Shown here one piece after another: positions 7,280 through 13,527 of a stretch of 35,787 nucleotides of DNA. The notes under the pieces were generated by a model, which saw only the letters and a list, made by a program, of their open reading frames with translations, searched no databases and was not told the DNA's origin. The stretch lies in IMG/VR virus record IMGVR_UViG_3300002053_000010, positions 1-35,787 of that record; one strand, given 5' to 3'. The translations under genes were made by a program, and so were the position numbers. This DNA comes from a virus. Every line of letters starts with the position of its first letter. The first letter of the stretch is position 1.

Positions 7280-7533
7280 GCGGAGATCCTTTGGTTATCC
7301 TTTTTGGTTATCCTTGTGATTTCCCATGTGATTTCCCTTGTGGTTTCCTTTGGGTTAACATGTGATTTCCTTTTGGCTATCCTTTGGGTTAATTTGTTTG
7401 TCCTAACAATTGGCGCGTATTTAAACATTGTTTCTGCTTCAGTGCCTTTGTTTGGGGCTTCACAAAAATTTATTATTTTCTGGGTCTGGGCCTTTTGGTC
7501 CAGATTTTTTTTTGCTTTTTCTTTTTTTTTCAT
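7273..7533 (-). CDS. Small, very basic protein (86 aa), uncertain; its 3-prime third is made of the 12-bp repeats
   Basis: The ATG at 7533 has a strong SD (AAGGAGGGaaaaATG). The ORF-track start at 7596 is a TTG. Low-complexity Lys-rich sequence, and the repeat-encoded tail (REIT WEIT RITK), make the coding status doubtful. Confidence 0.4.
   Translation of the reverse strand: MKKKEKAKKNLDQKAQTQKIINFCEAPNKGTEAETMFKYAPIVRTNKLTQRIAKRKSHVNPKETTREITWEITRITKKDNQRISAC
7283..7390. repeat. Iteron-like tandem array: about 9 units of 10-12 bp, consensus G[G/A]TT[A/T]TCC[C/T]TTG[T/G]
   Basis: Units read off the sequence: gagatcctttg, gttatccttttt, ggttatccttgt, gatttcccatgt, gatttcccttgt, ggtttcctttgg, gttaacatgt, gatttccttttg, gctatcctttgg. 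The array lies directly upstream of the Rep-like gene start at 7279. Confidence 0.75.
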
Positions 7534-7601
7534 TTTTCCCTCCTTTTTATATTTACCCTTTTGCCTTTTTTTGTTATGTTCCTTTTGTCTTTTCAATCGA
7601 T

Positions 7602-7630
7602 TATGTACATCTTTATGAAATCCGGGTCAA
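7602..7630 (-). promoter_or_regulatory. Sigma70-like promoter candidate for the minus-strand replication/early operon
   Basis: On the sense strand, TTGACC (7630-7625), a 17-nt spacer, then TACATA (7607-7602). It lies about 65 nt upstream of the SD-supported ATG at 7533. Confidence 0.4.
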
Positions 7631-7686
7631 GTTTTTTTGATCAAGATTTCATTCGAATCCTCCTTTTTATATTGTTATTTTCCTTT

Positions 7687-7715
7687 GCCGCCTACAATAG
7701 GCGGCCTTTTTGTTT
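7687..7715 (+). terminator. Intrinsic terminator, plus-strand orientation only
   Basis: GCCGCC tacaata GGCGGC followed by CTTTTTGTTTG. On the minus strand there is no U-tract after the hairpin. Confidence 0.55.
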
Positions 7716-7742
7716 GCAAAAATTTTTGTTTTTTTGTATGTT
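7714..7742 (+). promoter_or_regulatory. Sigma70-like promoter candidate reading toward gene 7826-8263
   Basis: TTGCAA (7714-7719), a 17-nt spacer, then TATGTT (7737-7742). Confidence 0.35.
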
Positions 7743-7766
7743 TTTTTATCATTGGTGGCCTTTGGC

Positions 7767-7790
7767 CTCCGATGTTTGGTTTTCTTGCCT
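7767..7790 (-). promoter_or_regulatory. Full-length leader element (sense AGGCAAGAAAACCAAACATCGGAGG)
   Basis: This is the only copy that carries both halves, the 16-mer AGGCAAGAAAACCAAA and ACCAAACATCGGAGG. A 25-codon mini-ORF follows (ATG at 7752). The hairpin at 7787-7806 overlaps its 5-prime end. Confidence 0.7.
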
Positions 7791-7812
7791 TTCTTGATAG
7801 AAAGGCTTTTTT
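7787..7812 (+). terminator. Intrinsic terminator or attenuator in the leader of gene 7826-8263
   Basis: GCCTTTCT tgat AGAAAGGC followed by TTTTTT. It ends 4 nt before the SD AGAGGG of the ATG at 7826 and lies downstream of the promoter candidate at 7714-7742. Confidence 0.55.
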
Positions 7813-7825
7813 ATAGAGGGTTTTT

Positions 7826-8263
7826 ATGAGATGTTTAAAAATTTTTATAGTTTTATTTTTTCCTTTATGTGTGTTTGGGTCGTTTTGTGTCCCAAAATGT
7901 GAAGAAAGTCTTTCAAAGTATCATTATAAGCAAGGAAAAGTCGCATTTAAACAAGCAAAAAAGATTTGTAGAAATATAGAAAAAAGATATCAAGAAAGAA
8001 TGAAAAAAAGTTTTGAATTAACGGCGGTTTCTTTTTTTCTTGCTGGCGAAAAAACTTATTGTGAATATATTGACAGGCTTTTAAATATGATGCGCGGATT
8101 TCGATTGTATGAGATTAAAGAATGGAGTGACATAAAATCTTTTTTTTACATCGCAAAACAACATTTTCTTCTTGCAGAGAGTTTTGAGACAGATATTTCT
8201 ATTCCACAACAAAAAATGTTTTTGTTCGAACTCTTCCCGGAAATAGAAGCGAAAGTGCACTAA
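7826..8263 (+). CDS. Secreted or membrane-anchored hypothetical protein (145 aa), moron-like
   Basis: The SD is AGAGGGtttttATG. The N-terminal signal-like segment reads MRCLKIFIVLFFPLCVFGSFC. It is oriented against the surrounding minus-strand genes and converges on the XRE gene with a 65-nt overlap. Confidence 0.65.
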   Translation: MRCLKIFIVLFFPLCVFGSFCVPKCEESLSKYHYKQGKVAFKQAKKICRNIEKRYQERMKKSFELTAVSFFLAGEKTYCEYIDRLLNMMRGFRLYEIKEWSDIKSFFYIAKQHFLLAESFETDISIPQQKMFLFELFPEIEAKVH

Positions 8264-8429
8264 TTTCATAATTTGTATTCTCTTCTATTTTTTTTGCCAT
8301 TGATATGCTCATGGGCATTTTCCCATTTATTACTTTTGAAAAATAATGTTTATGTACTCCGCATTTTTTTGCAAAATCTCTCGCTTTTATCTTATTTTTC
8401 TTTAACCAGTCTTTGACAATATGTGCCAC
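8199..8429 (-). CDS. XRE/Cro-CI family HTH transcriptional regulator (76 aa)
   Basis: The HTH reads IKARDFAKKCGVHKHYFSKVINGK. It uses a GTG start at 8429 with a strong SD (GGAGGAAGGcgGTG). It is divergent from the plus-strand early block. Confidence 0.8.
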   Translation of the reverse strand: MAHIVKDWLKKNKIKARDFAKKCGVHKHYFSKVINGKMPMSISMAKKIEENTNYEISALSLLFPGRVRTKTFFVVE

Positions 8430-8500
8430 CGCCTTCCTCCTGTTTTTGTTTTTATTTTATAGAGATATGAAAAAATATGCCATCTTTTTTATTTTTTTTC

Positions 8501-8529
8501 TTGTAAGAAATTTCAAAAAGATGATAAAT
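8501..8529 (+). promoter_or_regulatory. Weak sigma70-like promoter candidate for the plus-strand early block
   Basis: TTGTAA (8501-8506), then 16-18 nt to GATAAA/ATAAAT/TAAATT. This would place the leader element near the 5-prime end of the mRNA. Confidence 0.3.
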
Positions 8530-8547
8530 TATGGACATAAACCAAAA

Positions 8548-8562
8548 ACCAAACGTCGGAGG
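8548..8562 (+). promoter_or_regulatory. Leader/RBS element copy (ACCAAACGTCGGAGG)
   Basis: It is followed by agag and the ATG at 8567, and preceded by a partial duplication (AAACCAAAAACCAAAC). Confidence 0.7.
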
Positions 8563-8566
8563 AGAG

Positions 8567-8887
8567 ATGGCATATCAATATTATTCAAATTATGAAATAG
8601 AAGAATGCTTTTGTACAGAGCATGATCATGAAAGGAATAAAATGGCTTTAAAAGATCTTGTAGATGCCATTTATAACGTAGAAAAAGATGAAGATTTCAA
8701 CATTGAATATATAGACGATCAAATTAGAACATTAGCATCTGATTATGGTGTTTCTGTTCCAGAAAAAATTCCGTTGATGTTTTCTAGTCACTCTATAAAA
8801 AAGATAATAGAAACTTCATCAAATATTGCCATAGAGGGATTTTCAATATATTCAGGAAACAAAGAAGCTACTTGCTTCACAAATTAA
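8567..8887 (+). CDS. Hypothetical protein (106 aa)
   Basis: The start was re-set to the ATG at 8567 (MAYQYYSNYE...) because the leader/SD element sits just upstream. The ORF-track start at 8531 lies upstream of that SD. Confidence 0.7.
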   Translation: MAYQYYSNYEIEECFCTEHDHERNKMALKDLVDAIYNVEKDEDFNIEYIDDQIRTLASDYGVSVPEKIPLMFSSHSIKKIIETSSNIAIEGFSIYSGNKEATCFTN

Positions 8888-8897
8888 GGTCATTGCT

Positions 8898-8910
8898 AAC
8901 CAAATGGAGG
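8898..8910 (+). promoter_or_regulatory. Shortened leader element variant (AACCAAA-TGGAGG) in front of recT
   Basis: AACCAAATGGAGGacattATG. It is 3 nt shorter than the full core, and the SD GGAGG lies 5 nt before the ATG at 8916. Confidence 0.45.
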
Positions 8911-8915
8911 ACATT

Positions 8916-9632
8916 ATGGAAAAAACACAAGAAATTTCGATTCAAAAAAATGGAAAGAAATCAATCATTCAAGACATTGAAGAGATAAAAAACGTTACAA
9001 AAGCCCTTCTTGAGACAAAACATTATCAAAAAATTGGAGGAGAGGGCGTTTTTGCTATTGTTCAAAAAGCAAAATCCTTGAATATAGATCCAATAGGTGC
9101 ATTAAATGGAGATTTATATTTTGTTCAAGGAAAGGTAGAAATGAGTAGCCAGATGATGTTAAGTCTAATTAGACAAGCTGGACATTCTGTAACGATGGAT
9201 CAAAAAAGCTCTGACACATATGTTATTTTGCATGGAAAAAGAAAAGACAATCAAGATACATGGTCTGTATCTTTTAGTATTGAAGATGCAAAAAAACAAG
9301 GAATATATAGAGGGAATTGGGAAAAGATGCCAAAAACTATGTGTACATGGAGATGTATTTCTATGCTTGGAAGATTTTTGTTTCCAGATGTAATTAAAGG
9401 ATGTTATGTGGAAGGAGAAATACAAGAGATAATAGATACTCCAATAGAAGAAGTGAAAGAAGAGACAATTTCTAAAGAACAAGTAAAAGAATTAGAAGAT
9501 TTAATGAAAGATGATGAAGAAAAAGCAAAAAACATTTTAGATGTTCTTGAAAATGGATATGGAATAACAGAACTAAAGGATATTCCTGTTTCAATATATG
9601 AGAGAATAATAAATATACTATTAAAAAAATAA
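8916..9632 (+). CDS. recT: RecT-family single-strand annealing protein
   Basis: GGEGVFAIVQKAKSLNIDP, VEMSSQMMLSLIRQAGH and MPKTMCTWRCISMLGRFLFPDVIKGCYVEGE fit RecT conserved blocks. It is followed by a YqaJ exonuclease, the classic pair. The start was set to the SD-supported ATG at 8916. Confidence 0.85.
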   Translation: MEKTQEISIQKNGKKSIIQDIEEIKNVTKALLETKHYQKIGGEGVFAIVQKAKSLNIDPIGALNGDLYFVQGKVEMSSQMMLSLIRQAGHSVTMDQKSSDTYVILHGKRKDNQDTWSVSFSIEDAKKQGIYRGNWEKMPKTMCTWRCISMLGRFLFPDVIKGCYVEGEIQEIIDTPIEEVKEETISKEQVKELEDLMKDDEEKAKNILDVLENGYGITELKDIPVSIYERIINILLKK

Positions 9633-9669
9633 TAAAATATTTTTTTAACAAGCCAAAAAGGAGAAAAAA

Positions 9670-9828
9670 ATGAAAGAATATGATACACAAACAAAAAAAT
9701 CTAAAAAAAGTTCATTAAAGCCCCAAGAGACATTAACGAAAGAAAAACAAAAAAATGAAGATGCTTTCATTAAATTGAGCGTTGTTAGAAGAGTTGGATA
9801 TTGCGAAAAGAATTTAAATATTTTATGA
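9670..9828 (+). CDS. Small hypothetical protein (52 aa), not in the ORF track
   Basis: AAAGGAGaaaaaaATG at 9670; sequence MKEYDTQTKKSKKSSLKPQETLTKEKQKNEDAFIKLSVVRRVGYCEKNLNIL. It fills the recT-exonuclease gap. Confidence 0.5.
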   Translation: MKEYDTQTKKSKKSSLKPQETLTKEKQKNEDAFIKLSVVRRVGYCEKNLNIL

Positions 9829-9855
9829 GTGAATCGAAAGATAAATAAAAAATTA

Positions 9856-9870
9856 ACCAAACATCGGAGG
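9856..9870 (+). promoter_or_regulatory. Leader/RBS element copy (ACCAAACATCGGAGG)
   Basis: It is followed by aagatc and the ATG at 9877. Confidence 0.7.
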
Positions 9871-9876
9871 AAGATC

Positions 9877-10719
9877 ATGAAACAAGGCACAAAAGAATGG
9901 CTAGAATTTAGAAAAAATAAAATTGGAGCAAGTGATGCTCCAATAATAATGGAGAAATCTCCATGGAAGACTCCATATCAGCTTTGGCTTGATAAACTTG
10001 GATTGTCCAAAAATAAAGAAACAGAAGGAATGCGCCGAGGGAAAAGACTAGAACCAATAGCTTCTCAGAAATTTACAGAAAAAACGGGAATACAAATATT
10101 CCCAAGAACTATAGTTCACAAAGAAAAAGAATGGATGATTGCTTCATTAGACGGAATGGATTTGTATAAAAAGATTTTAGTAGAAATAAAGTGTCCTAAT
10201 AAAGAAGACCATGAACTAGCAAAATGTGGAAAGATTCCTGAGAAATATTTTCCACAGTTACAACATCAGCTAGAGGTCGCTGGATTGGGTTCTGGATATT
10301 ATTTCAGTTTTGATGGAGAAGATGGAACGATTATTGAATTTGAAAAAGATGAAAATTTTGTAAAAGAACTTGTGAAAAAAGAAGAGATTTTTCTAGAATG
10401 TATATTAACATTTACGCCACCAAGGCTAACATCAAAAGATCGTATAAAACAAACATCTGAGCAATGGAAATATTTAGCAGAAGAATGGATAAAAATCAAA
10501 AAAGAATTGGAAGAAAAAGAAGAAAGAAAAAAATGTATTGAAGAAATGCTTTTTGATATTTGTGGAGAAACAAGCGCAGAGGGAGGCGGAATAAGTATTA
10601 CAAATTATTTTAGAAGAGGAAATGTTGAATATAAAAATATTCCTGAGCTTAAAAATGTTGATTTAGAAAAATATAGAAAGCAGGGATCATTTATTAAAAG
10701 AATTTCAATTTATGGATAA
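9877..10719 (+). CDS. YqaJ-type (lambda Exo-like, PD-(D/E)XK) recombination exonuclease
   Basis: GTKEWLEFRKNKIGASDAPIIM, PYQLWLDKLG, GKRLEP, ASLDGMD, LVEIKCP and YFPQLQHQLEV fit YqaJ motifs. The ORF-track start at 9829 is a GTG upstream of the SD. Confidence 0.88.
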   Translation: MKQGTKEWLEFRKNKIGASDAPIIMEKSPWKTPYQLWLDKLGLSKNKETEGMRRGKRLEPIASQKFTEKTGIQIFPRTIVHKEKEWMIASLDGMDLYKKILVEIKCPNKEDHELAKCGKIPEKYFPQLQHQLEVAGLGSGYYFSFDGEDGTIIEFEKDENFVKELVKKEEIFLECILTFTPPRLTSKDRIKQTSEQWKYLAEEWIKIKKELEEKEERKKCIEEMLFDICGETSAEGGGISITNYFRRGNVEYKNIPELKNVDLEKYRKQGSFIKRISIYG

Positions 10720-10722
10720 AAT

Positions 10723-11193
10723 ATGAAAATAGAGCCAGTTGCGTTTTATGCAGAGATTCTTGATCTAAAAAGAGGAAGAATAAAAGGATATTTGCACATT
10801 AAAATTCCAGAATTAAAGATAGAAATACGCGGTCTTTTATTCCTTAAAAAAAATAATATTTGTTACTTGTATCCACCAGTGAAATCCGTATTTGATTTGA
10901 AAGAAAATAAAGATGTTAGATTCCCATGTTTTTGTTTTTCTGATAAAGATTTTTGGCACTCATTTTTAGAGAATGCTAAAATTGTTGGTGAAAAATTTTT
11001 GAAAAAACTTGAAAAGGAAAATAAATTAGAAAAAACAATTTCAAAAAGCAAAAATCTAAATAAAACTAAAAAAAAGTCGTTTAATTCATCCAAGAAAAGT
11101 TTTTCAAAAAAAAGCTTTAAAACAGATGGGTTTATAGATTTACCACCAAGAAAAAAAAATAAAGAGGAGGGTCAATGGAAGAAAACATTTTAG
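10723..11193 (+). CDS. Hypothetical protein (156 aa) with a Lys/Ser-rich tail
   Basis: Long ORF in the early block. The N-terminal 90 aa have a loose SpoVG-like pattern, which is too weak to call. Confidence 0.65.
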   Translation: MKIEPVAFYAEILDLKRGRIKGYLHIKIPELKIEIRGLLFLKKNNICYLYPPVKSVFDLKENKDVRFPCFCFSDKDFWHSFLENAKIVGEKFLKKLEKENKLEKTISKSKNLNKTKKKSFNSSKKSFSKKSFKTDGFIDLPPRKKNKEEGQWKKTF

Positions 11194-11414
11194 GTTTAAG
11201 TATGGAAAAATCTAAAAATTTACTTCTAGAAAATGAAAATAGCCTTGTCAATTTAATGAATATTGAAATAAACAAAATACGACAAGAAACATCCAATGTT
11301 AGAAAGGGACTTTTTTCAAGGCATTCAGACATGGTTAAACATTTTATTAAAATGTATGTTTTGATGACAGATATTGAAAAGAGAGTTTCTTACTTGGAGA
11401 AGAAAGATGTATGA
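11175..11414 (+). CDS. Hypothetical protein (79 aa)
   Basis: SD GGAGGgtcaATG at 11175. Confidence 0.6.
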   Translation: MEENILGLSMEKSKNLLLENENSLVNLMNIEINKIRQETSNVRKGLFSRHSDMVKHFIKMYVLMTDIEKRVSYLEKKDV

Positions 11415-11655
11415 AAAAATATTTTGTACATATCTTGTTATTTTTTCCATTATTTGTCTCTATTATCTTTTTGATATTCATTCAAAATTTGATTCATTGT
11501 TTAAATCTTTCACGCTTGTGACAGAAGAGTTCTATAAAATGAGAGATGAGATAAAAAAAAATATTAGAAAAAAACCAGGAAGAAAACCGAAGAAAAAAAA
11601 GACTGCTGAGATGCAAGAATATATATCTAAATTAAAAAATGAGAAATTATTATGA
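11407..11655 (+). CDS. Small membrane protein (82 aa)
   Basis: The ATG at 11407 has GGAG 7 nt upstream; the ORF-track start at 11374 is a TTG. The TM segment reads IFCTYLVIFSIICLYYLF. Confidence 0.55.
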   Translation: MYEKIFCTYLVIFSIICLYYLFDIHSKFDSLFKSFTLVTEEFYKMRDEIKKNIRKKPGRKPKKKKTAEMQEYISKLKNEKLL

Positions 11656-11900
11656 ATGTCCAATTCAGCCAAAGATTATGGGTTGAAGATATAGAAGATT
11701 TTATAAGCAAAGGAAAAACAGAAGAAGCAGAAAAAATATTTGTCGAAGAAATGAAAATCCTTCCTCTTTATATGAAGATTGCAATATTTAATAGGCGTAT
11801 ATTTGAACGAGAAAATTCATCTATTCATCATAATGTTGTCTATACGAAGAAAGATAAATATTTAGAAGCAAAAAAAAAATTGAAGCTTTTTTCCTTATGA
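11652..11900 (+). CDS. Hypothetical protein (82 aa)
   Basis: ATGA start/stop overlap with the preceding gene. Confidence 0.6.
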   Translation: MNVQFSQRLWVEDIEDFISKGKTEEAEKIFVEEMKILPLYMKIAIFNRRIFERENSSIHHNVVYTKKDKYLEAKKKLKLFSL

Positions 11901-11918
11901 TTCAAAGAAAATATTTAA

Positions 11919-12161
11919 ATGGTGTGGTATAATATGGCATGGATTCAAATCATTAGTTTGTTTTTGGCAAACGCTGGTTTAATCTTTTGGTTTAGATCAG
12001 AGTCAAGAAGCGATTGGCGTCATATGGATCAAAAAATTGATCAAAAATTTGATAAAATGGATGCAGAAATGAAAGAATTTAGACAGCTTTGGTACCAAGA
12101 AATGAAAGATTTTCACGCAAGATTATGTATTATAGAAGAAAGAAGACTAAATCAAAAATAG
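11919..12161 (+). CDS. Small membrane protein (80 aa)
   Basis: TM segment WIQIISLFLANAGLIFWF followed by a charged tail. It is the last gene of the plus-strand block. Confidence 0.55.
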   Translation: MVWYNMAWIQIISLFLANAGLIFWFRSESRSDWRHMDQKIDQKFDKMDAEMKEFRQLWYQEMKDFHARLCIIEERRLNQK

Positions 12162-12220
12162 GATTATATGGATGAATATAGAAAGAATTAATTTATTTCT
12201 TAGAGATTTCAATATTGATT

Positions 12221-13213
12221 TTAAAATAGATCCGCTGCAGGATTGTTAAGATTAGATGCAGACTTGTAATAATTCATAGCGATTGTCAAGCTCTTATGTC
12301 CTGTCATATCCATGATGTCTCTGATATTAATATTTCTTCTGCCACCCTCAGTTACAAAACCGTATCTTAAACTGTGTGCAGAAAAAAACTTTTCATCATA
12401 TCCAGCCATTTTAGCTCTTTTTTTGACTATACGGTTGATTTCTTGTGGAGTAAGACCCAAACTACTTATTGACCCGTTTTTTCGTATAGATCTAAATAAA
12501 GGGCCTTTACGTTGATTTAGTGTTTTTAGCCACTTATTTATGCATTCAAAAGCTTTTCCTTTTATAGGAACAAACATTCCTTTTCCTTCTTGGTCAGTTT
12601 TGCTCTTTTCTATCTTATACATACATTCATTTCCCATCATTTTTATATTTTCTATTTTTGCTGAAGATATTTCAGATCTTCTTCTTCCACCAGAACAAAA
12701 ACCAAATAATAAAAGAGCCTTATCTCTTAAATCTATTATCTTATCATCTGAACATGTATCTATCATATCTAAAAGCATTTCTTTTAAGATGGCTTGTCGT
12801 TTTGAAAGTGTAATATTTTTTCTTCTTAATCGTTTTAAAAGTGTAGAAATTTCAACATCATTTAAAGGAAGTTCTATATTCCATTGTTTTAGATAAGTCT
12901 TTAAATTATAAAGCTTTGTCATCATTGTTGAGAATTTCCATTGATAAAGATTTTTCTTAATTCCTTTTTTTATTAATTCATCCTCAACAATTTTTGGCAT
13001 CTCTTCAACATGATGAGAAATGAATGCAATGATATTTTTTTTGAATGACATTTCTTCAAGTTTTATTCCAACAGCTTCACACCAACCAATGAAATATTTA
13101 ACACTAATGTCTATTGATCTTTTTGTATTTTCTGGAATGTAATCTGTTATAACCTTTTTTGACCATTCAGAAATTTTTGAATGATCCAATATTTTCTTTA
13201 AATCTTTTTTCAT
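12221..13213 (-). CDS. Tyrosine recombinase 2, Cre-like (330 aa), paralog of 3738-4850
   Basis: SGGRRRSEI, AHSLRYGFVTE and HKSLTIAMNYY are present. The N-terminal region (ENTKRS...YFIGWCEAVG) also parallels recombinase 1. It is a stand-alone gene downstream of a 300-bp non-coding region. Confidence 0.9.
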   Translation of the reverse strand: MKKDLKKILDHSKISEWSKKVITDYIPENTKRSIDISVKYFIGWCEAVGIKLEEMSFKKNIIAFISHHVEEMPKIVEDELIKKGIKKNLYQWKFSTMMTKLYNLKTYLKQWNIELPLNDVEISTLLKRLRRKNITLSKRQAILKEMLLDMIDTCSDDKIIDLRDKALLLFGFCSGGRRRSEISSAKIENIKMMGNECMYKIEKSKTDQEGKGMFVPIKGKAFECINKWLKTLNQRKGPLFRSIRKNGSISSLGLTPQEINRIVKKRAKMAGYDEKFFSAHSLRYGFVTEGGRRNINIRDIMDMTGHKSLTIAMNYYKSASNLNNPAADLF

Positions 13214-13332
13214 CTTTAATATTTAACCCACCTTATGAATCTTTCCGATCTCTAATCTATCATTATAATATATTGCGCTACTTCATGTCCACACATATTA
13301 ATTGATATTCTTCAATTGGAAAAACAGGAAAA

Positions 13333-13346
13333 AAATTCTAGAATTT
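13333..13346. promoter_or_regulatory. Perfect 14-bp palindrome AAATTCTAGAATTT in the recombinase-2 upstream region
   Basis: It extends imperfectly to GGAAAAAAATTCTAGAATTTCC (13327-13348). It is a candidate operator or recombinase-binding core. No function is demonstrated. Confidence 0.3.
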
Positions 13347-13461
13347 CCAGTTTACATCTTGTCACATTATAGAATCTCGGATGAAAAATTGGTTTACATA
13401 TAAAATTCTTGCTTATATGATATTGTGAACAATATTTGTAAAGTTTTTAAAAAAGAAGGCT

Positions 13462-13488
13462 AAATAAAAAAGCCACCAAAAAGGTGGC
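13462..13488 (-). terminator. Intrinsic terminator closing the long minus-strand late operon
   Basis: On the sense strand, GCCACC ttttt GGTGGC followed by TTTTTTATTT, about 40 nt after the stop at 13528. Confidence 0.75.
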
Positions 13489-13527
13489 AGCCAAAAAAGG
13501 AGTCTTGCACTATGAATAAAATGCAAC

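Noticed and set aside
7283-7390. Could the 12-bp repeat array be a CRISPR array?
   Set aside because: The units are contiguous with no spacers, only 10-12 bp long and degenerate. No cas genes or leader are present. It is an iteron-like tandem repeat, not a CRISPR array.
7675-7752. 25-codon mini-ORF (MIKKHTKKQKFLQTKRPPIVGGKGK) downstream of the full-length leader copy
   Set aside because: It is very short and Lys-rich, and it is made largely of the plus-strand terminator hairpin and an A-tract. Nothing beyond the upstream motif supports translation. It is mentioned only as context.
7304-7797. Plus-strand Phe/Leu-rich ORFs 7304-7618, 7428-7640 and 7495-7797
   Set aside because: They are translations of poly-T/pyrimidine tracts in the control region. 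They have no SD, are extremely low in complexity, and run through the terminator hairpins.
10723-11193. SpoVG-like nucleic-acid-binding call for the 156-aa early protein
   Set aside because: The resemblance is limited to a loose pattern of alternating hydrophobic strands in the first 90 residues. No diagnostic motif could be verified by eye.
12162-12220. Bidirectional terminator between the plus-strand block and recombinase 2
   Set aside because: Only a weak AT-rich hairpin is present (AGAAA...TTTCT, loop about 11 nt), with no convincing stem or U-tract.
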